Notes: generated from the sequence alone by a model not told the origin. A stretch of DNA of 64,000 nt from a virus (IMGVR_UViG_3300028591_000088); one strand, 5' to 3'; counted from the stretch's first letter, positions 1-9,668 are shown. Made by a program: numbers and translations.

Positions 1-81
1 ATATAATGCATATTCGGTGTTAATAAGGTTCGTTTGGGATGTGAGAGGTAGAAGTATAGTAGCCTCTCACATTCTTTTTAA

Positions 82-438
82 ATGCCTATGAAATTTTACA
101 CTACTATAAATTCAAACACACCCTTATTACAAATCAACGATAAGAGATTGGTAAATCTGAATACGTTGAACATTACAACAGAAACCGAAATTGTACCTGT
201 TAAAGCAGGTAAGGAACTGAAGATTTCCAGACATCGTAATAATAAATTTATTGAAAAGGCTGGAAGATTCTTTAATATCTCTAGAGTAGCTAAGTTCTAT
301 GGTAATGGATGGTACACACTCGAAAATAAGATTGTATTATTCTGCATAGTTCAAGGAGACTCAATTCAACTGGCTGGTAATTATCCTATACATTATCTAA
401 AGTTGATTTATCGTTTTATAAATACATATTCACTTTAA
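82..438 (+). CDS. hypothetical protein
   Basis: 118-aa ORF with no recognisable motif. Taken from the ORF track only. Confidence 0.35.
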   Translation: MPMKFYTTINSNTPLLQINDKRLVNLNTLNITTETEIVPVKAGKELKISRHRNNKFIEKAGRFFNISRVAKFYGNGWYTLENKIVLFCIVQGDSIQLAGNYPIHYLKLIYRFINTYSL

Positions 439-479
439 TTGTTTTAAACCTTGGAGGTGTAGGTTAACCTCTATTTTAA

Positions 480-629
480 ATGATAAAGAAAATAGTTTAC
501 TTAACGTCAGGAATAGGGATAGCAGTGTTCCTGACTTCGTGCTTCTTAGGAAGTGCTATTCTGGCCAACATTGGACTATTACTGCTAATACTAAGTACAA
601 TACTGGCTCTATTCATAAAGGAATGGTAG
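480..629 (+). CDS. small hydrophobic membrane protein (49 aa, below the ORF-track cutoff)
   Basis: ATG at 480; hand translation MIKKIVYLTSGIGIAVFLTSCFLGSAILANIGLLLLILSTILALFIKEW* is strongly hydrophobic. Confidence 0.3.
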   Translation: MIKKIVYLTSGIGIAVFLTSCFLGSAILANIGLLLLILSTILALFIKEW

Positions 630-650
630 AGCTAAAAAAAAAAATGACAA

Positions 651-965
651 ATGAATGTAAAAGGACTAATCGGCTATAATGTCTTTGAAACTGCAAATAA
701 TGTTTGTAGTGCAATAAGACTTTATAAAGAAGGCATAAGAACTATGGAGGATATTATCAATGGAGTACATCAGATGCACTTCATAGGCATTGATAATACT
801 ACCTTTGCCTCTCGTATATTCAACAAGCTCCTGGAAATGCAAGACTCCCAAGAAGCACAAGAAGCTTTTCTCGAACTATTTTTTGAGTACTTTATGGAGT
901 TTGAGCAGGAAATGACTGTGTATGATATGACTGTTAATAAAATAACTATAGGAGAAGCCGTATGA
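651..965 (+). CDS. hypothetical protein
   Basis: 104-aa ORF whose stop overlaps the next start (ATGA at 962). Confidence 0.45.
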   Translation: MNVKGLIGYNVFETANNVCSAIRLYKEGIRTMEDIINGVHQMHFIGIDNTTFASRIFNKLLEMQDSQEAQEAFLELFFEYFMEFEQEMTVYDMTVNKITIGEAV

Positions 966-1447
966 GTTATAATAGATACCCATTAGATATTTCCTCTGCA
1001 ATATATGAGGAAATGGAGAAACTTCGTAAATCCTATATAGGAGAGAAGATGAAGAAAGAACAAGCTCTTTATCTTCTTAAATGTATGGGACTTCCACATG
1101 AATCTCCAAAAATGTGGGAACTTGCTATCAAGTACGAATTCATTATTCAGAAAGGTTCTAAGAGATATACATATTATATGGTTCCTTTGGATCCTTATTC
1201 TTATAAGACTCTACAAAAACTCCAACTTGAATACTATAATGGTAAGCTTCCTAAAAAAGAGAAAGAGAAAAGAGAGAAAACTAAGGATGAGATTACTGGT
1301 TTAACCAGATTGACTCCTGAATTCTGTATTAATTTTCTTAAAACAAAGGGATATGCAGTTTTTAAACTTTCTCCAAATCTTGTAGCTCTTCAAAAGAAGT
1401 TTACTATTGAGTTTTTAATGGAATCAATGAATGCTGAACTAATGTAA
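962..1447 (+). CDS. hypothetical protein (lysine-rich)
   Basis: 161-aa ORF translationally coupled to the upstream ORF. Confidence 0.5.
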   Translation: MSYNRYPLDISSAIYEEMEKLRKSYIGEKMKKEQALYLLKCMGLPHESPKMWELAIKYEFIIQKGSKRYTYYMVPLDPYSYKTLQKLQLEYYNGKLPKKEKEKREKTKDEITGLTRLTPEFCINFLKTKGYAVFKLSPNLVALQKKFTIEFLMESMNAELM

Positions 1448-1503
1448 AATCTACTGGGCAAAGGCATTAAGTCTGCGCCCTTTATTTTTAATCTATTTAT
1501 ATT

Positions 1504-2112
1504 ATGATTCAATTAAGCAAAGGCGGGAATATTAATCTCGCAAAGGAAGCTGCTGGAATCACAGTCTTCAGAATGGGCCTAGCTTGGGATGCCAATGCTG
1601 GTTCAGGTGCTGACTTTGATTTGGACGTGGCTGCAATCCCTCTTAAGGAAGATGGGAAAGCTGTTGCTAATGATGCAATTTGCATGTATGGCCAGCTCAA
1701 TTGGAAGGATGCTATTAAGCATTCTGGTGACGAACGTACTGGTGCTGCTGAAGGTGATGATGAGACTATCACTGTAGACACTGCCAAGTTACCTGCTGAG
1801 GTTGCTAAGATTGTTGTTCTTGTAAACATCTATGATGCTAAGAGACGGCAGCAAAACTTTGGCATGGTAAGAAACTCTAAAGTGACCCTTTATAAAGGAA
1901 GTACTGGAACTACAGGCGATGCTGTCCTGGCCAAGTATGACCTTGAGGAAGATGCTTCTATGAGCAGATGCCTCGTATTCTGTGAGCTTTACAAGAAAGA
2001 TGGAGAGTGGAAGTTCAAGGCTATCAATGAGAGCAAGGGTAGCTTTAATGATACTACCTACCATCAGGTCCTCTCTAGTTATGGTATCGAATCTGCACCT
2101 TCTGACTTATGA
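1504..2112 (+). CDS. terD: TerD-domain protein (tellurium-resistance/stress TerD family, Ca2+-binding fold)
   Basis: The N-terminus MIQLSKGGNINL..., GLAWDA..., DFDLDVAA, HSGDERTG..GDDETI and the C-terminal GEWKFKAI all match the TerD family signature. Its stop overlaps the next start. Confidence 0.85.
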   Translation: MIQLSKGGNINLAKEAAGITVFRMGLAWDANAGSGADFDLDVAAIPLKEDGKAVANDAICMYGQLNWKDAIKHSGDERTGAAEGDDETITVDTAKLPAEVAKIVVLVNIYDAKRRQQNFGMVRNSKVTLYKGSTGTTGDAVLAKYDLEEDASMSRCLVFCELYKKDGEWKFKAINESKGSFNDTTYHQVLSSYGIESAPSDL

Positions 2113-2726
2113 TAAACTTATCTAAAGGAGGCAGAATTAATCTCTCGAAGGACGAGAACGGTAGCAGTCTCGATAAGATTTTCTTTGGAACTAATTGGGG
2201 AATGATTAGAAAGAATTTTGGTCTATCTAAAGAAGCTGTAGACCTTGATTCTTCTGTAGTTCTCCTTGATGCTAAAGGAAACAAAGTCGACATTGTTTAC
2301 TTTGGTCATAAGAATGCTCCTGGTGTTCATCACTATGGAGATGACTTAACTGGAGATGCAGATGGAGATGATGGTATGGACAATGAGACAATAGAAATTA
2401 CTCTATCTAAGGTAGAATCTAGAGTAGAGCATGTCTTCTTTGTTCTCAATTCTTACCGTCATCACAAGTTCGATAAGATTCCTTACATAGGAATTCGAAT
2501 CTATACTTCTCCAAATAATAAACCGAAGGAGCGTGTTTCTGATCCTGTAACTGTACTTGCCCAGTATTCTCTAAAGGATATGGCTGATGAGTTCCAGGGT
2601 AAAGAGAGTGTTATTCTTGGTGAAGCATATCGCCATAATGGAGAATGGAAATTTAAGGCAATAGGGCAATTCGGTAATGTACAAAGTGTATCTGATTTCG
2701 TTGCTCCTTGTAAACAACTAATTTAA
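2109..2726 (+). CDS. terD: TerD-domain protein (second tandem paralog)
   Basis: MINLSKGGRINL..., VDLDSSVVLL, YGDDLTGDADGDDG, NGEWKFKAIG. It is a clear paralog of the preceding ORF. Confidence 0.85.
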   Translation: MINLSKGGRINLSKDENGSSLDKIFFGTNWGMIRKNFGLSKEAVDLDSSVVLLDAKGNKVDIVYFGHKNAPGVHHYGDDLTGDADGDDGMDNETIEITLSKVESRVEHVFFVLNSYRHHKFDKIPYIGIRIYTSPNNKPKERVSDPVTVLAQYSLKDMADEFQGKESVILGEAYRHNGEWKFKAIGQFGNVQSVSDFVAPCKQLI

Positions 2727-2733
2727 AAAGTAT

Positions 2734-3084
2734 ATGGAAGAACTAGTAAAGCAAATTTTAGCCGATGGAAAAATCGACAAGGAAGAAGTTGAAAAGCTTC
2801 GTGAAATCATTCTCGAAGATGGTAAAATCGACGAGGAGGAAGCCAAGGCGTTGTTCAAACTCAACAATGAGGCTTCTGAAAAGTGCCCTGAATTTAAAGA
2901 GTTCTTTGTAGAGGCTCTGAAAGATTACTTCCTGGAAGACGGAGTGCTGGACAAAGAGGAAGTTACTTTCCTTAAAGACCAGATCTTCGCGGACGGCGAA
3001 GTTGATGAAAATGAAAAATCCCTTCTTGAAGCTCTTGCTTCTGAGGTAACTCTTCCAGAGGATTTAGCAGCACTTATCGACTAA
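2734..3084 (+). CDS. TerB-like acidic repeat protein
   Basis: 116 aa with four repeats of the pattern DG(K/V)(I/L)D(K/E)EE(V/A)..L, resembling the amphipathic DG...E repeats of TerB-domain proteins. Very acidic. Sits directly downstream of the TerD pair. Confidence 0.5.
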   Translation: MEELVKQILADGKIDKEEVEKLREIILEDGKIDEEEAKALFKLNNEASEKCPEFKEFFVEALKDYFLEDGVLDKEEVTFLKDQIFADGEVDENEKSLLEALASEVTLPEDLAALID

Positions 3085-3093
3085 ACTCTCTAT

Positions 3094-3135
3094 CTCAGTG
3101 GGACAAGTTCCACTGGGGACTTGTTCCATTTTAAA
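3094..3135 (+). terminator. stem-loop(s) followed by a T-run after the TerB-like gene
   Basis: cagtgggacaagttccactgg hairpin followed by ggggacttgttcc and tttt. Confidence 0.35.
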
Positions 3136-3146
3136 ACAATTAAAGT

Positions 3147-5600
3147 ATGAAAGGATTAACAAATAAACAAGCAGCACAATTACTCTCTTTAAATGGAGAG
3201 AATGTGCTTTCACCTGCAAAGCGTGACCCTTGGTATATAATGCTATTAGATGGTTTCAAAGACCCTCTAATCATTATTTTGTCTGTCGCCGCAATTCTGT
3301 CTCTTGTCATTGGTATTATTAAGACAGAATATATGGAACCTATAGGCATCATTGCTGCTATTGCTTTAGCAGTAGGTATAGGTTTTTGGAATACTTATTC
3401 AGCATCTAAGAAGTTTGATTTGCTACTTACGTATGCTGATGACACTCTTGTTAAGACTTATCGTGATGGTTACATCATGGAAGTTAAAAGGCGTTCTCTT
3501 GTAGTTGGAGATGTAATCATTCTAGAATCTGGAGAAGAAGTTCCAGCTGATGTTACAGTACTATCTGGAACTTGTTCATGCGATGAATCTTCATTTACTG
3601 GAGAATCTAAACCTGTTAATAAGGGCCCACTTAATGCTGAAACTCCGGGAATGTTTGTACAACAGAATAAGATGCTTAGAGGTTCTACCCTATTGGAAGG
3701 ACGTGTAGAATGTGTTATAGAAAGCACAGGAGACACTACGGTTCTTGGACAAATGGCTAGACAAGCATCTGAAATTACTGATGTAGAAACTCCACTAAAT
3801 ATACAATTGGATAAACTCGCTTCCTTAATAAATAAGATAGCTTTCTGGTCTGCAGGAATCTTATTAGTAGCTTTATTTACAAAGTATGTATTTATTGATC
3901 AAGCTTATATAGGAAAGGATACATTAGGAATTGTTAATGATTCATTACAGTTCTTAATGATTGCAGTAGCACTTATTGTTGTTGCTGTTCCTGAAGGACT
4001 TCCTATGGCAGTTACTCTTGCACTTGCTTACTCTATGAAGAAAATGGCAAAAGAGAACAATCTTATCAAGAAGATGCATGCTTGTGAAACTCTTGGTGCA
4101 ACTACACTTATTCTTACTGATAAGACGGGAACTCTTACGGAAAACAAGATGACTGTGGTATTTAAGTCTATTAATATAGGGTACAACGATATAGTGCTGA
4201 ATTCTACAGCATTTAATCATGTAGGCAATCCGACAGAACAGGCGCTTATCCGCAGTCTTGGAACTACTGATGCAGCTATACAGGATGTAAGGACTCGTTA
4301 TCCTATTGTGTATCGTGAAGAGTTCAACTCTGATCGTAAATACATGAAATCCGTATATAAAGCTGAAGACGGAAGATTTATAGTACTTATTAAAGGAGCA
4401 CCAGAAATTGTGATTGGTTTCTGTCTTAAGGATAGAAATGATTCTTATAAAGCTGAACAGACTAGAGGACGCAGGGTTATTGGTTTTGCTATACGTGTTG
4501 ATGAAACACTTGACACCGTGGAACTTAATCAAGAATTTGAGTACTTAGGTCACGTCGCTATTGAGGATCCTGTCCGTTGTAATGTACCTAACGCTATAAA
4601 GCAAGCTAGAGAAGCAGGAATCAAAGTGAAAATAGTAACTGGAGACAATGCTGAAACTGCTGCTGAAATAGCTAGACAAGCAAAGATTTCTGATTATCCA
4701 CAGGTAGTATTAGGTAAGGATGTTCCCAATTCTAATCTATCTGTAATAAATAAAGCAGATGTCTTTGCTCGTACTAAGCCAGAGGACAAGCAATTACTTG
4801 TGAAGAAATTCCAAACTCTTGGTGAAGTGGTGGCTATGACTGGAGATGGAACTAACGATGCTCCAGCTCTCAATCATGCAGAAGTAGGAATAGCAATGAA
4901 CAATGGAACAGATATAGCTAAAGAAGCTGCTGATGTAGTCTTATTAGATAATTCATTTCCTTCTATAATTACAGGAATCAAATGGGGAAGAAGTCTCTAT
5001 AAGAATATTCAGCATTTCATTTTGTTCCAACTCACTATTAATGTGGTAGCAATACTCACTGCAATAATTGGTCCATTTATTGGTGTGAACCTCCCATTCA
5101 CTGTAACGCAGATGTTATGGGTAAATCTTATAATGGACACATTTGCTGCTCTTGCTCTTGCTACTGAACCAGCTAATGATGCTGTAATGCTAGAAAGACC
5201 TAGAGACCCTAAGGCATTTATTATAACCAGCGAAATGTGGTTTACCATTTGTACTAAGGGAATTATATTCTTTACATTGATGGTCCTATTATTAGTAACT
5301 GAATGGGTTAATCTAACTCAATTCTTTACTATCTTTGTAATGCTACAATGGTGGAATCTATTTAATGCTAGAGTATATGGACAAAATCGTTCAATCTTTG
5401 ACGGTCTAGGTAAGAATTGGGCGTTTACTGGTATTGCCCTTGCTATTCTAGTAGGACAGTTTCTAATTGTACAGTTTGGAGGTGAAATGTTTAGAACTGA
5501 ACCTCTAACTCTTACTCAGTGGCTGTGCATAATAGGTGGAACTTCACTTGTAGCTATTCTTGAGGAGTTTTCATATTTGGCTAAGAAAATTACTTGTTAA
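3147..5600 (+). CDS. P-type (P2) cation-transporting ATPase, Ca2+-ATPase-like
   Basis: 817 aa with transmembrane segments. Carries the PEGLP motif (VAVPEGLPMAVT), the phosphorylation site DKTGTLT, TGDN, and the hinge GDGTNDAPAL. Confidence 0.9.
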   Translation: MKGLTNKQAAQLLSLNGENVLSPAKRDPWYIMLLDGFKDPLIIILSVAAILSLVIGIIKTEYMEPIGIIAAIALAVGIGFWNTYSASKKFDLLLTYADDTLVKTYRDGYIMEVKRRSLVVGDVIILESGEEVPADVTVLSGTCSCDESSFTGESKPVNKGPLNAETPGMFVQQNKMLRGSTLLEGRVECVIESTGDTTVLGQMARQASEITDVETPLNIQLDKLASLINKIAFWSAGILLVALFTKYVFIDQAYIGKDTLGIVNDSLQFLMIAVALIVVAVPEGLPMAVTLALAYSMKKMAKENNLIKKMHACETLGATTLILTDKTGTLTENKMTVVFKSINIGYNDIVLNSTAFNHVGNPTEQALIRSLGTTDAAIQDVRTRYPIVYREEFNSDRKYMKSVYKAEDGRFIVLIKGAPEIVIGFCLKDRNDSYKAEQTRGRRVIGFAIRVDETLDTVELNQEFEYLGHVAIEDPVRCNVPNAIKQAREAGIKVKIVTGDNAETAAEIARQAKISDYPQVVLGKDVPNSNLSVINKADVFARTKPEDKQLLVKKFQTLGEVVAMTGDGTNDAPALNHAEVGIAMNNGTDIAKEAADVVLLDNSFPSIITGIKWGRSLYKNIQHFILFQLTINVVAILTAIIGPFIGVNLPFTVTQMLWVNLIMDTFAALALATEPANDAVMLERPRDPKAFIITSEMWFTICTKGIIFFTLMVLLLVTEWVNLTQFFTIFVMLQWWNLFNARVYGQNRSIFDGLGKNWAFTGIALAILVGQFLIVQFGGEMFRTEPLTLTQWLCIIGGTSLVAILEEFSYLAKKITC

Positions 5601-5673
5601 CAAGTGTTAAACAGTTATAGTTGATAATTCTTTCTACTATTTCTGTTAGGAGGAGATGATTTCTCCTCCGTAT

Positions 5674-5760
5674 GGCTCCGTGGCGAAATTGGTAGTACGC
5701 ATCAGACTTAAAATCTGAGGTCCAGGAATGGACGTGTGGGTTCGACTCCCATCGGAGCTA
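5674..5760 (+). tRNA. tRNA-Leu (anticodon TAA), type II
   Basis: Acceptor ggctccg/cggagct. Anticodon arm tcaga-cttaaaa-tctga. Long variable arm. T-arm gggttcgactccc. Confidence 0.8.
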
Positions 5761-5786
5761 CATAAACCAATAAATTTTTAATAATT

Positions 5787-6230
5787 ATGCATACAAAAGA
5801 AGAAATAAAAGAAGACCTTGATAGACTTCATGAGTATGTTGAGGCATTACATGTAAAGTATGGTCCAGAATTTAGCTGTATTATAGCTGCAGGAACTGGA
5901 ATACATACTAAATTCAGTACTGAAGATACACCTGATGCATATGCAGGATGTGGTTGTGTAATTGGAGAAGAATCTATGCTTCATCAGGCTTGTCATTGCT
6001 TACTTAATTCTTGTAAGTTTATTGACAGTATGCTAGATGCTATAGGTTGTATACTACTTAAAAGGCATGAAGAAAGAAACCTAGATAAGGAGGTAAATTT
6101 ATTACTTGTAAAATCTATGGAATCCTTAAAGGAGATGCTCATGTCTTGTACTGAAGAAGTTAAAAGGGAAAAGGAAGAAATAGAAGATTCTGTTAATGAT
6201 CTTCTTGATTCTTTAGGCCTTAAAAATTAA
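5787..6230 (+). CDS. hypothetical Cys-rich protein
   Basis: 147-aa ORF between two tRNA-Leu genes, containing CGC and CHC clusters. Confidence 0.5.
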   Translation: MHTKEEIKEDLDRLHEYVEALHVKYGPEFSCIIAAGTGIHTKFSTEDTPDAYAGCGCVIGEESMLHQACHCLLNSCKFIDSMLDAIGCILLKRHEERNLDKEVNLLLVKSMESLKEMLMSCTEEVKREKEEIEDSVNDLLDSLGLKN

Positions 6231-6238
6231 ACAAGGTT

Positions 6239-6325
6239 GGGGCAGTGGCGCAAATGGTTGAGACGCACTTGACTTAGGATCAAGAAACCGAAAGGTTTGT
6301 GGGGGTTCGAGTCCCTTCTGCCCTA
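6239..6325 (+). tRNA. tRNA-Leu (anticodon TAG), type II
   Basis: Acceptor ggggcag/ctgccct with a G1-U72 wobble. Anticodon arm cttga-cttagga-tcaag. Long variable arm. T-arm ggttcgagtcc. Confidence 0.75.
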
Positions 6326-6454
6326 CGAGAATAATCTAGAGTATTCTCTGGACGTATAAATGCACGTGATTATATGTAAAGCTGCAACAGGAAGGGTTCC
6401 CTATAGGAATGTGGTTCGAGTCCACATGCAGTTCTAATTAAAACCCTGAAAATT

Positions 6455-7216
6455 ATGAACAACAACTTACTATTTAAGGTTCTGGAAGCACAACCTAACA
6501 AAATAAGTGCTTTCGACTATTTAAAAGATCCACTTGAAAGGAACAACGTCAAGGCTCTTTTACGAATGTATGATTTAATTCCTTTACTTGCTCAGACAAT
6601 CTTAGATGAGATGGTAGACCGTCTCAAAGAAGGTAATCTGTATACTAAGAATATTAAGAAGGATTATCCAAAAATAACATCTTGGTTAACAGAATCTTCA
6701 AGGCAAGCTATAAATAGATACAAAGAGGATGAAACTGAACATGGATTCAACACTGTTATTGGTGAGTATGAACTCCAACTTAAAATGATTGATGAACTAT
6801 CAAGAAAAGTCCTTCCTCATATATCTAAAGAGTCTAGAAACATTTGGAGTGAGCATCCAGATTTCTATGATTTAATGTCTAAAGGTAGAATTAAAGCATT
6901 TGTAAAGAAATATATATCTTTACTCTCTTTAATAGAAGAGATAACTAGTACAGAAAGCTTAATAGAATTTAAGAAGTCTGTAATAGATAGATGTATTCCA
7001 ATGGGTCAGCTGGAGGTGGGACAAACATTTATTTTCCCACAACCAGAACACGCTATGGATGATGGTGGGCAAATGTTTACTTATACAGGTTTATTTGAAG
7101 AAGATATTCCTAATAGTAAAGACAAGAATGTAGTCTGCCATTATCGCAAAATCAGTGATTCAATCCATGTAATTTATATAGAGCATAATTGCTTAAGAGC
7201 AGTAATGCCCTATTAA
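6455..7216 (+). CDS. hypothetical protein
   Basis: 253-aa ORF with no motif recognised. Confidence 0.55.
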   Translation: MNNNLLFKVLEAQPNKISAFDYLKDPLERNNVKALLRMYDLIPLLAQTILDEMVDRLKEGNLYTKNIKKDYPKITSWLTESSRQAINRYKEDETEHGFNTVIGEYELQLKMIDELSRKVLPHISKESRNIWSEHPDFYDLMSKGRIKAFVKKYISLLSLIEEITSTESLIEFKKSVIDRCIPMGQLEVGQTFIFPQPEHAMDDGGQMFTYTGLFEEDIPNSKDKNVVCHYRKISDSIHVIYIEHNCLRAVMPY

Positions 7217-7278
7217 CCTCAGCTCTGGTGCTTTGGAATGGTTCGAATCCATTCCTGGGGACAAAACAACTTTGTGAT

Positions 7279-9069
7279 ATGGAAAAAGTTAAATCTTTAT
7301 TTGTTAAGAAGGACACTAGGGATGTCCTCAACTCAGATGCAAATATCTTTGAGCAAGAAAGATTTGCACGGGAGCATCACACTCTCTCTGAGAATGGTAG
7401 TGATAAGTACACTACTACTGGAAATGTATTCTTAGATGACTTTGCTATGTTATCTAAGTATAAAGCTCCACGCGATGTTAGTGAGATTTTTGAGACCATG
7501 AATAAGTTATGGAGTCATGACCCACTTCGTACTTTACAGATTACAGTATTTTTGAGATTGATTACTCGTAAAACTGTACTATTTAATGGTAACAAATTAT
7601 CTACACAGAGAGGACAAGGTTTACGTCATGAGTTCTTAGGACGTTTATTGTGGATGGCATGCATGCACCCAGATACATTTGAAAAGAATATGCAGTACTT
7701 TGTGGTTGCAGGCTCTTGGAAGGATGTATTTGATTTGCTGAGATATGATCTCTCATATAATGGTAGAGAAAGGCCAATGCTAGATTGGAAGTTTATGATT
7801 AACTTTATAGTTGATGGACTTGCAGACAAGAATCAGTCTAACTTAGTTAAGAAATATCTTCCTCAGATTCAATGTGCGAAGGCTTGTAACACTTTACAAA
7901 AGCAGTGCAATACTGTAATTGGAAAGCGTATTGCTACCTTTGTATTTGGCCCAGCTAATACTGATGAAGAAAAGATTCGTAATACCACTGATTATAGAAA
8001 GCTCAAAACTTCTGGAACTGCACATGATTGGCAAAAGAAAATTGCTCAGCAAGATTATCTCCATATTAATTGGGATACCATTGCGGGACGCGCTTTACAA
8101 AGGCTTGTAAACTCTAAGTTCTTAGAAAATCATAATCTCGAAGAGATATTTGATAATTGGATGCTTAATCAAGAAGTAGCTAAGTATACTGGATATCCTT
8201 ATGAACTCTTTAAAGATGGAGGTTATGATTACTATGGAACTTATAGTAAGAAAGGTTCAGAGCTTATTAAGAGCTTGTATCCAAAGAGGTATCAGCAAGA
8301 ACTTACTAATAAACAGTTCATGCAACTTGTAGAGGTAGCTAAGCATGATATGAACAGACAAACTGGATTCATTGTAGCTATGGATGTGTCAGGCTCTATG
8401 ACATCTAAGTGTACAGGTTCTACTACTATGTCTGCTTATTCTGTAGCTAGAGCAATGGCTTTGTATTTCTCTTACTTATTAAAGGGTAAGTTTGCAAATA
8501 CTTTGCTTGCTTTTAGTGATAAAGTAGTAATAGATAAGTTTGAAGGAGGTACTCCTTTAGAGAAGTTCTATAATGGTTATTATAAGTACAATGCTTGTAA
8601 TACAAACTTCTTCCAGATTGCTCAACTGTTTGGACAGTTAAAGGCTAAGGGTTATCCAGAATCAGACTTCCCAACTGGTGTAGTATGTCTTTCAGACGGT
8701 GAGTTTGATAGACAGGCTGGAGATTGGGATACTACAGGTGAATCTGATTGGCGTTCTAGAAGTAATGCTTCAAGAGAAACTGTTTTTGAAGCCTTTAAGA
8801 AGCATCTTCTAAAGTGTGGATTCTCTAAAGAGTATGTAGATAACTTCAAATTAGTTCTATGGGATATTCCTAATAGCTTTTACAGAAACAGTACTCCAAA
8901 GTTTGAAGCATTAGCTAATACTCCAAATATATTTCACATGTCTGGGTTTGATCCTGCTGGAATTGCCTTTTTAACAGGAACTTCTCAAGTAGCCTCAACT
9001 CCACGTACTCCAGAAGAATTGTTTGAAACAGCAATGCAACAAGAACTCATCCAATTGCTTAAAATTTAA
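7279..9069 (+). CDS. vWA-domain (MIDAS) protein, TerY-like or Ro60/TROVE-like
   Basis: The MIDAS motif GFIVAMDVSGSMTS (DxSxS) lies in the C-terminal half. The track ORF starts at 7189 but runs through a tRNA-like 3'-half hairpin at 7217-7265. The in-frame ATG at 7279 (MEKVKSLF...) is the more likely start. Confidence 0.6.
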   Translation: MEKVKSLFVKKDTRDVLNSDANIFEQERFAREHHTLSENGSDKYTTTGNVFLDDFAMLSKYKAPRDVSEIFETMNKLWSHDPLRTLQITVFLRLITRKTVLFNGNKLSTQRGQGLRHEFLGRLLWMACMHPDTFEKNMQYFVVAGSWKDVFDLLRYDLSYNGRERPMLDWKFMINFIVDGLADKNQSNLVKKYLPQIQCAKACNTLQKQCNTVIGKRIATFVFGPANTDEEKIRNTTDYRKLKTSGTAHDWQKKIAQQDYLHINWDTIAGRALQRLVNSKFLENHNLEEIFDNWMLNQEVAKYTGYPYELFKDGGYDYYGTYSKKGSELIKSLYPKRYQQELTNKQFMQLVEVAKHDMNRQTGFIVAMDVSGSMTSKCTGSTTMSAYSVARAMALYFSYLLKGKFANTLLAFSDKVVIDKFEGGTPLEKFYNGYYKYNACNTNFFQIAQLFGQLKAKGYPESDFPTGVVCLSDGEFDRQAGDWDTTGESDWRSRSNASRETVFEAFKKHLLKCGFSKEYVDNFKLVLWDIPNSFYRNSTPKFEALANTPNIFHMSGFDPAGIAFLTGTSQVASTPRTPEELFETAMQQELIQLLKI

Positions 9070-9135
9070 TTTTGCTATTAAGTTTGTATCATTGAAAGGA
9101 ACCCGCTGTGAAGTTCGTTCCTTTATTTTATAAAT

Positions 9136-9513
9136 ATGGAAAAAATACCTGTAGAACTCTTGCTGAAGTATAGTAGACAGGAGGTAGGAGAATTGAAGTC
9201 AGAAATTGAAGAATTGAAGTACAAGTTGAAAGAAAAGAATAAAGAGATTGATAAGCTTAATAATAAAATAAAGAAATATCAAGATCTTACAAAGCAACTA
9301 AGTCCTGTATTACAAGTTAATCGTAGTTTTTCTAATATACTTCATACTTGGAATAATATTAAAACTCGTAGAGAAGTAAAAAGAGAGAAAAAACGAATTC
9401 AACTATACAAAAGAGCATCTAAATACTACAATGCTTGGTATGAAGGATGTAAAATGTTACTTTCAATTCTTAAAGAAATAAGAACAACTGACTTAAATGC
9501 AACTCCAGAATAA
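9136..9513 (+). CDS. coiled-coil protein
   Basis: 125 aa with heptad-like EIEELKYKLKEKNKEIDKLNNKIKK. Confidence 0.5.
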   Translation: MEKIPVELLLKYSRQEVGELKSEIEELKYKLKEKNKEIDKLNNKIKKYQDLTKQLSPVLQVNRSFSNILHTWNNIKTRREVKREKKRIQLYKRASKYYNAWYEGCKMLLSILKEIRTTDLNATPE

Positions 9514-9668
9514 ATTGTAAATTTTTGTTAATTTATTTGGAAATGCCAGAAATATAGTTAGAATTGTATTTCCAACCTGGCAAGGAATCTTTAAAGAAGT
9601 CTTACAGCAAATTACAAATTATATGCTTTTATAAAGAAAGGAGTAGCTTGTATTAAGACTTCTTATTC

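Noticed and set aside
3954-4532. 192-aa ORF on the minus strand inside the P-type ATPase gene, and similar minus-strand ORFs at 1509-1829, 3470-3736, 5009-5248, 53050-53400, 62174-62512 and elsewhere.
   Set aside because: Each lies wholly inside a well-supported + strand gene with strong domain motifs. These are low-complexity shadow ORFs in an AT-rich sequence. There is no independent evidence for them, and the whole window is + strand coding.
6337-6440. A third tRNA immediately after tRNA-Leu(TAG).
   Set aside because: Only a T-arm (tgtggttcgagtccaca) and a 7-bp acceptor-like pairing (agctgca/tgcagtt) enclosing about 55 nt are present, with no D-arm or anticodon arm. It is better described as an orphan tRNA-like hairpin and is listed under the tRNA-halves finding.
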